A stretch of DNA of 64,000 nt from the human T2T-CHM13v2.0 reference genome, Homo sapiens, in assembly GCF_009914755.1 (NCBI RefSeq), contig NC_060925.1, one strand, 5' to 3'. Below, in pieces: positions 18,910 through 33,136 of this stretch. The notes beneath the pieces are model-generated. The model was not told where the DNA came from. It saw only the letters and a program-made list of their open reading frames with translations, and did no database searches. Positions within the stretch are counted from its first letter, which is position 1, and every line of letters begins with the position of its first letter. Made by a program: the position numbers and the translations under genes.

Positions 18910-20022
18910 GTAAGAGCTGCCTCACGCTGGCCCAGCCTTTGGCTCTGCGTGCCCAGGACGCGTGTCTTAGGGTGATGCTGTGGCTTCGAGGAGCAGGCTG
19001 GCTTTTTTTGGTTTCGTTCTTGCTTTTGAAGTTCATTCTTTCCTCTCTTATTCATACCCTTTTAGGATGCACTGTGATAGCCATAGAAGCAGTGTGGGTC
19101 TTAGAAAGGACACTGGCAGTGCAGTCAGACTCCTAGGCATGGGCGCCTCAACAGAATGAGGCAGTGAGGTTACATTCATCCTTATCGGTTACTTTCCTAT
19201 TAAGACCAGCCATATCAATTGCTGATGTTTGGCAATTTTTGTCACACAAAGATGGCAATTTCATATGATTCAGCCTAAGTAGATTCTGTTCTAATAAAGT
19301 ACTAATAGATGCTGAAGGTTTAGGGTAGTTTTCGGAGGAAAATAGTTAAGAAAATGACTATTACACAGATTTCCTTCTTGTCTACTGGGAAAATTCTGCC
19401 TTTACTGTATTAGCAGAGGCACCCTTGTGTCTGTCTGGGCGTTCTGTAGCAGCATAGCTGGAGTCACTTGAGTATCGGATCTTTCTCTTACCAACTCTGA
19501 TGTTCTGTGGATTTGGGGATCTCGAGGCAACTGTGAAATGAGTCAGTAGAGCAGCCCGTTCGCAAATGTCCAGCTTGTTCACATGCAGCCACTGAGGGCT
19601 GATGACCTTTGATGACCATGATTGGAACTGAATGATCATCAGAGGTCATCTGTGCAGCTCTTAAAATGCCTCCCATCCTGCCACGTTCCCAGGGCCTTGC
19701 CGTTTCGTACATCCTGATTTGCTTTCCAAGGCAGTTTTCTAGCAGCAAAGTGCCCATACTTTGCAATCATGTGTTTGAGGGTGGTGGTGAGAGTCTTGTT
19801 TCTGTTACAGCTTTCTGTAGTGTTGTCAGAAAGAGTCAAAAGCCCAAGAATTAGTCTAAACTGTGTTGTTAAGAGCAGGTGACCTTAGCAGATTCATAGA
19901 AATAGCCCTCAAAAGACCTGGCTGTGTGGATGATGAAAAGTAAAGCAGGAAGGAGGATGTCTTTGTGAACGCATCATCCTGTGAGATAAAGTTCTTTACA
20001 TACAGCCCGTTTGTTTTGCCAG

Positions 20023-20078
20023 GGAAACTCTATGGAGACGCAGACTACTTGGAAGAGAGGCACCGCCACCGATTTGAG
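20023..20078 (+). CDS. CTPS1: CTP synthase 1, exon 15 (56 nt)
   Basis: gccag|; KLYGDADYLEERHRHRFE (ERHRHR motif); donor GAG|gtgagg. Confidence 0.97.
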
Positions 20079-20157
20079 GTGAGGATTCCAGCTTGCTGGT
20101 ACTCTGGAAAGATAGTGAGCTGAGAGACCAGCAGAATTATTTTTCATGCCTCAACAG

Positions 20158-20254
20158 GTGAATCCAGTCTGGAAAAAGTGTTTGGAAGAACAAGGCTTGA
20201 AGTTTGTTGGCCAAGATGTTGAAGGAGAGAGAATGGAAATTGTGGAGTTAGAAG
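20158..20254 (+). CDS. CTPS1: CTP synthase 1, exon 16 (97 nt)
   Basis: aacag|; [32 protein letters not shown]; donor AAG|gtgatt. Confidence 0.96.
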
Positions 20255-20808
20255 GTGATTATTCGGGCAGTTTTATTTAATGGAAAACTTAGTAAAGTTT
20301 TCTTGGCATATGGGAAAATATAAAAATGTTATCTTGTTGCTCCTGACCTAACAGAATTAGGAAGCAGCACTGTCTCATGAGGGAAGGGGTCTTGATAAAC
20401 ATGGGGTCTGGACTCTAGAAACTTCTTTCTGGTACATGGCCTTCCTCGGGGAGCCATTTAACTTCTGGCCGCAGTTTCTCCTTCTCCAAAATGCTTGGAG
20501 TTGGTACTAAAGCCACTTCAGCCCTCTCCTGAACCGCAAGACTCAGTCTACAGAAATCCTGGGAGCCAGGGTCTTGGGCGGGACCCTGGACAGGAGGCCT
20601 TCAGCCAGGAGGGGACAGCACAAACCGTGCTGAGAAAGGGTATCAGATCACTCATGCTTTGAGGTTCCCTTTATCTAGATTCAAATGAGAAAGTCATTTT
20701 CAAATTATTTTAGGGCCTATGGAAACAAACATTTAAGCAGATTTTGTTCTTTTACACTTTGTGCATAACCTTCACAATGAAGCTGTTTCTTTTGAATCTC
20801 TATTTCAG

Positions 20809-20953
20809 ATCATCCCTTTTTTGTTGGGGTTCAGTACCACCCTGAGTTCCTGTCCAGGCCTATCAAGCCCTCCCCACCATACTTTGGCCTCCTCCTGGCC
20901 TCTGTGGGGCGGCTCTCACATTACCTCCAGAAAGGCTGCAGGCTCTCACCCAG
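20809..20953 (+). CDS. CTPS1: CTP synthase 1, exon 17 (145 nt); catalytic His/Glu (QYHPEF)
   Basis: ttcag|; (D)[47 protein letters not shown](R); donor AG|gtaggc. Confidence 0.97.
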
Positions 20954-21524
20954 GTAGGCGCACTCTTTGCTTCAGTAATCCATTAGTCTTCTCTAGTCCT
21001 TTAGGTGGTCGCTGATTCATTACAGCAACACGTCACAGTCAGTCATAAGAAAAAAAAGCCACAGGCGCCTGGGGTGAAAGTTTCCTCTCCTTTCCCGGAG
21101 CTTTCTCACGGTGTTTCCCTGGCATATTGGCCAGGTCCCCCTTTCTGCAGCATCTGAGCTCTGGTGGTGCTGACCAGATCACACTTGGCGTAGGACCCTC
21201 TGGTCCATGTTAAGGGGAACTAGTTTTTCCTGGGAAGTAAGCCACAATGGGTAGGTTTATGTCCCATTGCCACCTTTATCCAGAACCAGTACTCAGAGTT
21301 GGTGGTAGGGTGTGTGACTGAAGTATAAATGGAATGTATATCTTTTGTAGCTAGAAGAAGGAAATCTTTCTGCAGTTTCATGTTAAATATATTATGTAGC
21401 AAACAGTCTTTGTGATTCCTGCCATGTGCAGGCAAGTGTCCCTGTAGGAACCGTGGTTACAAAAACAGGGACGTAAAGTGAGTTTTTGGTGGGAGATGAT
21501 GCGTAAACCATCTGAATTCTACAG

Positions 21525-21609
21525 GGACACCTATAGTGACAGGAGTGGAAGCAGCTCCCCTGACTCTGAAATCACCGAACTGAAGTTTCCATCAATAAAT
21601 CATGACTGA
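21525..21609 (+). CDS. CTPS1: CTP synthase 1, coding part of exon 18: Ser-rich regulatory tail and stop (exon continues to 21618)
   Basis: tacag|; [30 protein letters not shown] at 21607-21609; donor AGC|gtaagt at 21618/21619. Confidence 0.96.
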
Positions 21610-23021
21610 TCTTGTAGCGTAAGTGGTACTTTAAAGTTTTAGTTTTTAAAAACATGGTGATAACACACTGCGATTGCAAGAATATCATGGAAGTTTAGGG
21701 CTGAAAATTTTTATCTGCCAGGAATGAAAGTGGTGAGGTCTTGAATATAATCCAGAGGTTGAGAGAGAAAAGAAAGTAGTGAGGTCATTGTGGGTATCAA
21801 ATGGGCAGCCCTTCCTCCAAGTTGCAGTGCACCTCCCAGTCCTGCCCTGGGGATGACAGCTTGGGGAGCATGGTCACTGGGCAGTTGTCTCAATACTGAT
21901 TACTACATTCTGGTGCCAGTCTGACCAGTTCTGGGGCGGGGAAGGGGAGGGTCTGAATTCTTAGACCCTATTGTTTGATGTAGCTGTAAATTTTGGAGAT
22001 CTTGAAGGAAGGGACAGATACAACAATGTGGCACTTGTCATTTCTGCAGAGCCTCAGGTTTTCATCAGGAAGTACTTTAAAACTGACACTGCTTAGAGAA
22101 CTTTTTTTTGTTGATTGCTGCTTATTCTGGAATTCCTTCAAAGTTGGAACAATTGCCAAATAGACGTCGAATGTTTGTCTATTAAGTGACAGGGTTTGTA
22201 GGTTCATAAAGTGCAATAACTGTGGGCACTGCCACGAAATGTAAATGTCCTTTGAGATAACTGTGTGGACTGTGTTGGCAGAAGTACGCATTCTGCTGGT
22301 GAGGTATCAAATGAGGGAGTGTCAGTCATCTGGGGTCTGGAATAAGAACCAGGGGTATGGGTGTGTGGTTCCACCGCTCCTGCCCTAAGGCCTGGGCAGG
22401 GGGACCTCCCTGAATCCTGCACACCGTGTGTTCATCACCAGTGGGCCTCTGGTGCTGGGTCAGTGCCGGTCTGACCTGCTGATCCCAGCTGTTTCCCCTC
22501 CTGCCTTGGTTGGTTGACCCCCTGTCCTGGCATAGCCTAAGTAGGTGGTGGGTAGGCATGAGAAGTTAGTATCAGGAGGAGGGCCTGTGTGCTAGGTAAG
22601 CGTTTAACACGGATGGACTCATTAATCCCCTGACCAGGGAGTTTGCTATAGGCTGTTTCACAGTCTTAAGGAGCTGATACAACAAGAACTGTTACCAGTG
22701 AAGGAGGTAGATATTTGGTCAGTTACATGGAATTTCTGACTGCCTCGCAAGTGGAGAATTGCCCGTTAGTGACACTGTTACGAGGTGCTGTGGAGAAAGA
22801 ATGCTTGCATTGGGTGGTTGTAGAAGTCGATGTGTGAGGTCTTGAAAAGGTCTGATTCTGTAGGAATTATAAATTTAGCGTCTAATTATTCCCAGTAGGC
22901 TCCTTCTACTGCTCTGCCATGAAAAACAGGCTTAGTTTCCCATGGCAGCTGACTAGAAATTCTAACTTTTCTACTTTAATGTACATCATATAATTCCCAC
23001 TTTTTTTTTTCTTTTAAACAG

Positions 23022-23928
23022 GGATGATTCTTCAAGAGACCCTTCAAACTTGGGTAGAGTTTACAGCTCTGACTTTACACTCGGCTTTGGAGACTTTCTT
23101 TAAATTATGTTTTTATTAAGATTATTTTATTATGCGGAAAGGTATTTGGGAAACTTGTCACTTGCATGTCCCATCACGTGTACTGGCTCCTCTGTGGTGT
23201 CTGCCTGTTGCGTGACACTCTCCTTGCAGTTCTTGAGTTGCGGCAGAACATCGCGATGGGAACCGATGGTGGGTGGGGCTGCAGAGTGCCCCATCGGTCA
23301 CCTTGTTTCTCAACTACCTCGCATCATTGCAGATGCTAGCGCGTTGCCTGTCGCTTTCCCTTGGATACCTAGACCGTTATAAAGTGTGCCACATGGACTT
23401 ACCGAGCATGGAGAGAGGATTTTAGCTAGGATTTGAACACTTGGTGCTGGGAACCTCAGGGTATTGCTTGCCACTAAGCCATGAAACCAGAGACAAAATC
23501 TCTATACTGCCCTGAGTTGGGGGGAATTCTCAGTGCCAACTGTGGCTGGTCCTCATTCAAAGGGACGGTCAGTTTGGTGTCAACATGAAACACCAAGATG
23601 TCTGTCTCTGAAGCGTGATTTTAAAATCCCCATGCCTGTGGCTGCGCTTCCTATTTCTAGGGCTGGGAAACACTCCTTGCATCAAGGGGTCACTTACAGA
23701 ACAAAGAATCTTTTGGGGGAAACTTCCTCTAAAACCCTCTCATATATAGACAGCTTTGACTGGAGGGTCCATTTTTCTTCCAGGATGGTGTTACTGCAGT
23801 TGAAAGGGCAATATGAAGTTACTTTCTTAATGTGACCTAGCAATAGGCATAGCTACGTGGCACTATATTCTGGCCAGACTCGATGTGTACTCTAACTTAA
23901 GAAATAAATCAGTAAGGCAGAACAAGAG
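23022..23928 (+). other. CTPS1: CTPS1 terminal non-coding exon 19 (3' UTR); 3' end approximate
   Basis: Long polyT tract then aaacag| acceptor; unique non-repetitive sequence with an AU-rich patch at about 23100-23133; ends after AATAAA. Confidence 0.88.
23903..23908 (+). terminator. CTPS1: CTPS1 polyadenylation signal
   Basis: AATAAA with upstream TGTA (23886) and a downstream T-rich element (tgctttgcttctcattctctttatgt). Confidence 0.85.
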
Positions 23929-24421
23929 ACATGCTTTGCTTCTCATTCTCTTTATGTCATTGGCCAGATGGGAAGCGTCTGAGCACGTTGCTGGCTTGCT
24001 TGTGTGCAGTCAGCTGAATTGTCAGTGCCGGGTGCTCCTGCAGGTGAGCAGCCTTGACTCAGCAGACAACCTGAGAGTTTGTTTAAAAACTAAGAAATGA
24101 GGCTTTCTTTTTAATAGGAACCAGAATTTTTCATAAAGCTTCAAATACAGGTTCTCAGCATGTAGAGCGAGATGAAAAGGTGCATGGGTGCTATTATGGT
24201 GCTATTTATGACTGAGAAAGGGGAGGGATAAGCATGATTTAGGAAGGTGGTCCTTTCCTCTGCCAGGCACTGGACGTGGGTACCCCATATACACAGCCAG
24301 TGAGCAGTGGGCCAGACTGTCTTCACCAGCAGAACTGCTTGTTATGGTACTTTGAACGTGGCTGATTGAGCATAATTCTAACCTCTTCTCCCACCTGGTG
24401 GTACCAGGAGATTGTCTTCAT

Positions 24422-25005
24422 TTTAAATTTTATTTATTTATTTATTTATTTTTTTGAGTCAGGGTCTCACTCTGTTGCCCAGGCTGGAGTGCAGTGGCAC
24501 AAGCACGGCTTGCTGCAGACCTCCTGGGCTCATAAGATCCTCCCACCTCAGCCTTCCAAGTAGCTGGGACTACAGGTTCACATCACCACGCCCAGCTAAT
24601 TAAATTTTTTTTTTTTTTAATAGACAGGGTCTCGCTGTGTTGGCCAGGCTGGTCTTGAACGCCTGGCCTCAGGCGATCCTCCCATAGTGCAGGGATTATA
24701 GGCATGAGCCATTGCACCTGGTCAATAGTCTTTTTTTTGAGATGGAGTCTCACACTGTTGCCTGGGCTGGAGTACAGTGGCGTGATCTTGGCTCACTGCC
24801 ACCTCCACCTCGCAGGTTCAAGTGATTCTGTTTGCCTCACCTTCCCAAGTAGCTGGGATTACAGGTGCCTGCCACCACGCCCATCTAATTGTTTTGTATT
24901 TTTAGTAGAGATGGGGTTTCACTATGTTGGCTAGGCTGGCCGTGATCTGCTCATCTCAGCGTCCCAAAGTGCTGGGATTACAGGCGTGAGCCACCACGTC
25001 TGGCC
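24422..25005 (-). mobile_element. Two antisense Alus between the CTPS1 and SLFNL1 3' ends
   Basis: About 24422-24722 and 24731-25005. Confidence 0.92.
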
Positions 25006-26974
25006 CGTTTTTTTTCAAACATTCCCCAAACTGAGGGTCTGACACGCCCGTTGTTGACATCATGGTCCCCCACAATGGCTGGGTGTGTGGGTGGTGTGAA
25101 AAAGCCTCCCAGTAATTAAGTTCCTGCCCCTATGTTTAAGATCACTTTGGCTGATCACTTGTCAAGTGCTGGCCACATAATGTAAGGTTTCTGAAAAAAG
25201 AGATCCCAGATGGCTCTCCAGAGCTTGCAAAGCTCGAGCAGCCCCGCCACGCTGGCTGTGGCAGACAGGATAGGGCTGAAGCTGGATTTACAGGAGGGCA
25301 ACCTGTGCCCAGTGTTTACTGACCCGTCCCCGGAGGCTTCTCCCTCATGGGGAGGAAAGCTGGTCACATTCCTCGTTCCTTTCTTAATGTGACCTAACAA
25401 TAGGCACAGCTATGTGTAACTTCCCTTCAGTAACTTCCTTCAGTCCAGGGAACTTCCCTTCAGTCCAGGGGATCTGGGCAGTTCTTAGCAGTCTGGAGCA
25501 GCTGGGCTGAAGCCTGACTTCACCCTTCCTTTGTAGAAATCTGCTCTTTTCCCCCGAAAAACATTTCCGAGGATTGTGGTGCCTGGACTAGCATTTAGCA
25601 TGGTACCTGGACCGTGGAAGGTGCTCAGAAATGCCACTCCTCCTTCTTGAGTAACACATTTGTGTAGTTTTCAAACAGTCTTGGTGACCTTGGGGCAGCT
25701 CGGGGGGTGAGCAGCAGGAGTTTGGTAACCTGCCACCATATAGGTGTCTGTGATCACATTGGTCCCTAACCAGCATGAATGGCAGCCGAGGCAGGGGTTG
25801 TGTGCTCTTTGCTAAGTGGGAAAACCAGGTCTCAGAGCAGTTGTGATCACCCAGAAAATGTCACCTGGCTGGTGAGTGGAGGGGCTGGGGGTTCCAAAGT
25901 TCTCATCTGTGTCTGCTGTGGATGTGGCCAGGGTCTTCAAGTTTTAGGGGATCAACTGAAGTGTGTTCTGTGGAACACTAGTCCTGTGAAATGCCCTGTT
26001 CAACAAGGTTTGGTGATTTTCTGGTGGCTCAGACCCCAAATTTAGGAGTATCCTTAATTGTCTCACCAGCAGGTATTTATTGGGTGTCTACCATATGCCA
26101 GCCATACCCAAACCCCTGTCCCCCAGAGCAGTTATTCAGTGGGGGAAGCACCAAATATAAGCTACAGAGTGTGGTAGTTCATAGATGGAGACCAAGGGTG
26201 GAAGTGAGCAGGGGAGTGGCAGTGCTGGGAGGTGGTGTCTTTAAAATAGGGTGGGTGGGAAATTAAGCATGGACTTGAAGGTGAAGAGGAAAGGAAATAG
26301 GCCGCTATGTAGCGCAGAGGCCCCGAGGCAGGAGTGCAAATGAAACAAGTTGGTGGGCGTGGCTGAAGTGGCTTACATAAGGGGCGGAAGACATTGAGGT
26401 TGGGTGGGCTAGGTGGTGGAGAACCATGTAGGCCATCAAGTTTGGGCTTTGCTCTTGAAGAATTTGGAGGGCTATGGGTGCAGGTGTGGCGTGAGTGTGA
26501 TCAGACTCTGGCTTTGCAGCCTCTGGCTCAGCTGGTGGAGACAGCAGGAGAAACGGCCAGAGGCAGGAAGCAGCTGGAGGAGTCTGGTTTTTTTTGTTTG
26601 TTTTAAGCTAACGGTCTTACTGGACCAGAGGGGTCTTGGAAAGGAACTGAGACCCTTAGTGTGAGGTGCTGCTCTGTGCCACAGCTGGCGTAGACACAGG
26701 GCACTGGCCCGATGGTGACAAAATGCCCCTGGCCATTGTCACTGTCTTATAGATGAAGAAACTGAAGCACAGAGGCATAGCACTTTGCCCCACGGTCCCT
26801 GGTCTTTAAGACAGAGCTGGACTGGAGTCTGAGGGGCTGGGCTCCCTGCCCTTGCAGGTCTGTCCTCTGCCTCCTGGACAGAGGTGGGCTGGGCCTGGGA
26901 CTCATGACCCTGCAGCATCTGACCGGCTGACCCAGTGTCCTAGAAAGAACCATTCTTGTCCCAGGTGCATGTAA

Positions 26975-26980
26975 TTTATT
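26975..26980 (-). terminator. SLFNL1: SLFNL1 polyadenylation signal
   Basis: tttatt on + (AATAAA on -), about 490 nt downstream of the SLFNL1 stop. Confidence 0.8.
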
Positions 26981-27469
26981 AATGGAGCTTTGACAGTCAC
27001 AAGTTCCAGCAAGTCAGGGGTGGGGGCTGCAGGGTGGCCTCTTGCCCTGTAACCACAGTCATCAAATATGCCTCGCCATCTTTGAGGGGCTTTCCTGAGA
27101 TGACAGATTCCTTTCTGGCACTGTGTAGCCAACTGGAGTCACAGACCTCAGCCTGGGCCAAATGAGCATTTTAGGGAGAAGGACAATCCCTTATAGCTTA
27201 GCCCTAGGGGAGCTCTGGGCAGGGTTTTACACATTGTTTCTGAAAGTAAGGTCATTTGGGGACAGGGCTGAGAGCAGTTTCTTGGCTACACAGATGGGTC
27301 TGTCAGGGTTGAAGCCACATGGGTGCCTGCTCATGTGCCATGTTGAAGGAGTCCCTGTCCGCCTCTCAGCAGCCCGCATGGGCTTTACTGGTTGGCCTTA
27401 CACTCAAACAGGAAATCCCTGGGTCTCAGGTGGAGAGTGCCGTGCCGTCCTGCCTGCTCCCCAGGGCCC

Positions 27470-27832
<363 letters not shown>

Positions 27833-28038
27833 TCACTGTTGGTCCCTTGTCCTCCATTCTCTGTTTCCCTCTTGAAAAAGCTCTTCCTTGGGACTGTGTC
27901 TTGCCCCCTCTGCCGCTTTAGGGCCTCCCCTAAAATGCAGTGTATAGTCTTTGGGGTTTTCTGGTGACATCTCAACATTCCAGTCTCTCTGCTCCCTCAC
28001 TCAAGATCGAGTGTGTTAACTGCCCAAGTAGAGGGTGA

Positions 28039-28371
<333 letters not shown>

Positions 28372-28558
28372 ACTGCATAGATTTTTAAAAGGAGAGAGCT
28401 TGGGCCTCTTCCTTCCCACCAGCCACCTACCCGCGGAGTATGGGATGTGGTGTGATTGTATTCCAACCCCTTGGGTTCAACGGGGTGATGCAGGACCCAG
28501 GGAACCATGGTGGCTTGCCCTGGGCTGCTCAGTGGGTGGCTGAAGGGGTCTGGGGTCA

Positions 28559-28822
<264 letters not shown>

Positions 28823-28836
28823 TCACTGATTCCTTA

Positions 28837-29520
<684 letters not shown>

Positions 29521-30014
29521 CTAGGGTGGTAGTCAAGAATGAATGTATGGGTCCAGCCAGGAAATGGGAGCCCTGACCCTGAGAAGGACTGCAAGAACCC
29601 CCAGTCAGGCCCCTGCTGCAGCCTGACTCTTACGGACATCCTGATGCCCCTCACCAGGCCGAGGGGCCCAGTTCTGCCCACCCTCCTGCAGCCGAGGCAG
29701 GAAACCCTGCTGGATCGAGGGTTCCAGTCAGCGCTCCTTTCCCTGCCAAGCTGGGCCCTTCCCAGGTGAGCTGTGGGATGCCTGGTGGGGAAGAAGAGAT
29801 TTCTGCTTCTCAGGGCTGGGTGCTGGGACATGTGTGGGCCCATTTTTTCTTACTTGGGTTGCAGACAGGCCCCTGAGGCCCAGAACCAGATCATTCCAGC
29901 AGGTATCTCAGCACCCTGTGACAGAGCTGCAGTACCCTGAATGGAGAGGGACTCCCAGGTACCCCACCCACTTCCTGATTTCAAACCTTTGCCCACTACT
30001 TGCTGGGCTATTGA

Positions 30015-30491
<477 letters not shown>

Positions 30492-31244
30492 AACCCTCCT
30501 TAGTGACGCTAACTTCAAGGCAGATTGTTACTCCTCACAATTCTTTCATGAGCGTGGGTTGGGGTGAGGAGACTGAGGCACCTCCCTACCAGCCCTGCAG
30601 CTCCCCAGAGAAGATGAATTTATCAGTCTTAGAAACAGGATAAACTTCATACAAATGTGAAATTGAGTTGAAATGTAAGCCACAGAGCCTTTTAGTTCTG
30701 CAACAGTTTAAACACCATCATTTTCACACCAAAAGAAACCAAAATCACCTGTCTCATGGAGTGACCTATCCTAACGTCCCATGTCCCACCCAATAAAGCC
30801 AGCAGTTCAGCCTTGCCTTGGATGATAGCCTTGGTGACCTGGCCCCTACCCTACCTTCTGGCCCAACTTCCTTCCTTAGCACCCCCTGCAGCCTTTAGTG
30901 GGAGCTCCAGGGACACCAAATGGTTTGCCCTTCTGCAGACATGACACTCCCTCTAAGCCCCCAGGTTCCTCTGCATATTCTGTGTCCCTTGCCTGGAATG
31001 TCCTCCCTTGCAAGTGCCTGTCCAACTCCCTAAGTCCCGGCCTGGATTTCACTTCCCCTGTTAATCTGTCCCCAGAGAGCAGGGCAAACCTTCCTGTCTT
31101 CTCTCACAGCTCTGAGCGCAGCCACCTTGCAGCTCGGTGGGTGGCTGTCCAGCTCTGGCCACAGATGCAGGGCTTCCTGGGGGCCTGGCTGGGCCTCTCA
31201 TCCCTGCCTTACTCTTGGCACAGAGGGGGTGTTCATGTTTGTCA

Positions 31245-32060
<816 letters not shown>

Positions 32061-33110
32061 TCACTGCTGGCTGCTTCTCCCAGGGTCTGTGTTCTCAGTG
32101 TGGCTTAAGGGCTCCCAGAGGACTCAGGGAGTGTCCCGGCTCCTGGGAGGTACACAGATTGGCAGAGACTGGGCAGGGCCAGAGAGAGGGAGGGCAGAGG
32201 GCAAGCAGGAAAGGGCCTGCCACCCACCTGAGGCCTAGGATGAGAAAGCAGAGTCACGTGGACTGAGCAAGACACAGGGCCTGTGGGAAGACGGGATCTG
32301 CCCAAAAAGTGGCAGAAGGGACCAGAACTCAGGTCTCTGAGAGCTCCACCATTTCAGTGGCCCCAGGGGTCCTGTCTTCCCTCCCCAACCCACAGGCTAG
32401 GGGCCTCCTAGGTACCCTCAGGGTTTCCTGCCTACCAGTTCACTCCTGCCTCCAGGCAACAGAGAAAACCTTTACACAGGGCCTCCTGGAGAGGAGGCCT
32501 TAACCCAGGACTCTGAGGACTGGCTGGTGGCCCCATTGCAGCTTCTCTGCCTGCTCTAAAACCCCATGTGAGGCCATCGGGGGCTCTGAAACTAGGCAGC
32601 GCTGGGGCAGAGGCTTTTAGAGCAGAGGATCTCACGCTTTTTGGCACACTGATGAAAGCTATGGCCTCTCAGAAAAATGGCCTTTGCATATAAACATAAC
32701 TTAAGGTGGCTCCTAGACCCTAAGAACTAGTCTAGACTGAGTCCTCCATTTTTGGTCCAGAGAGCAGAGGTCAACAGGGCAGAACGAGGGTTAGAGTTGG
32801 GGCCCTAGTGCCCCCGCCCCAAGTCCAGGGAGCCTCTGTCCTGAGCTGTGCACATATGTGCACACACCAGCCCCTCTACTGCTCCCCACACACCCAGCCT
32901 GCATCTTCTCAAATGGAATCCTTGAGGCAGTTGGCCTGGGGGCATTCAGGTCAAACAGGAAGAGGAGGAGAGGAGAGGCCTATGACCTTCATGTCCTGGT
33001 GGCTCCCGCGGGAGCATGGGAGGTGCCTGCCCTGAGCTCCCATAGCCTCCCGACCCCTGGCCGGTAGCTCTCAGGGAACTTGGAGGCTTGGCACAGGGAC
33101 GGCCAGAACC

Positions 33111-33136
33111 AGGGTTATAGGAAGTGGGCGGGGCCT
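33111..33136 (-). promoter_or_regulatory. Putative SLFNL1 proximal promoter: GC box, ETS site and TATA-like element
   Basis: Minus strand reads ggccccgcccacttcctataaccct: CCGCCC, CACTTCC and TATAA adjacent; candidate first-exon donor AAG|gtcata at 32987. Confidence 0.45.

Noticed and set aside
19599-19720. Possible box C/D snoRNA (TGATGA and CTGA motifs)
   Set aside because: The TGATGA copies lack the 5' purine of box C, lie inside the hairpin stem, and show no terminal stem or recognisable rRNA guide
22914-22948. Small hairpin ctgccatg...catggcag near the exon 19 branch region, also X-box-like
   Set aside because: An 8-bp stem and an imperfect RFX match are within chance expectation for 64 kb
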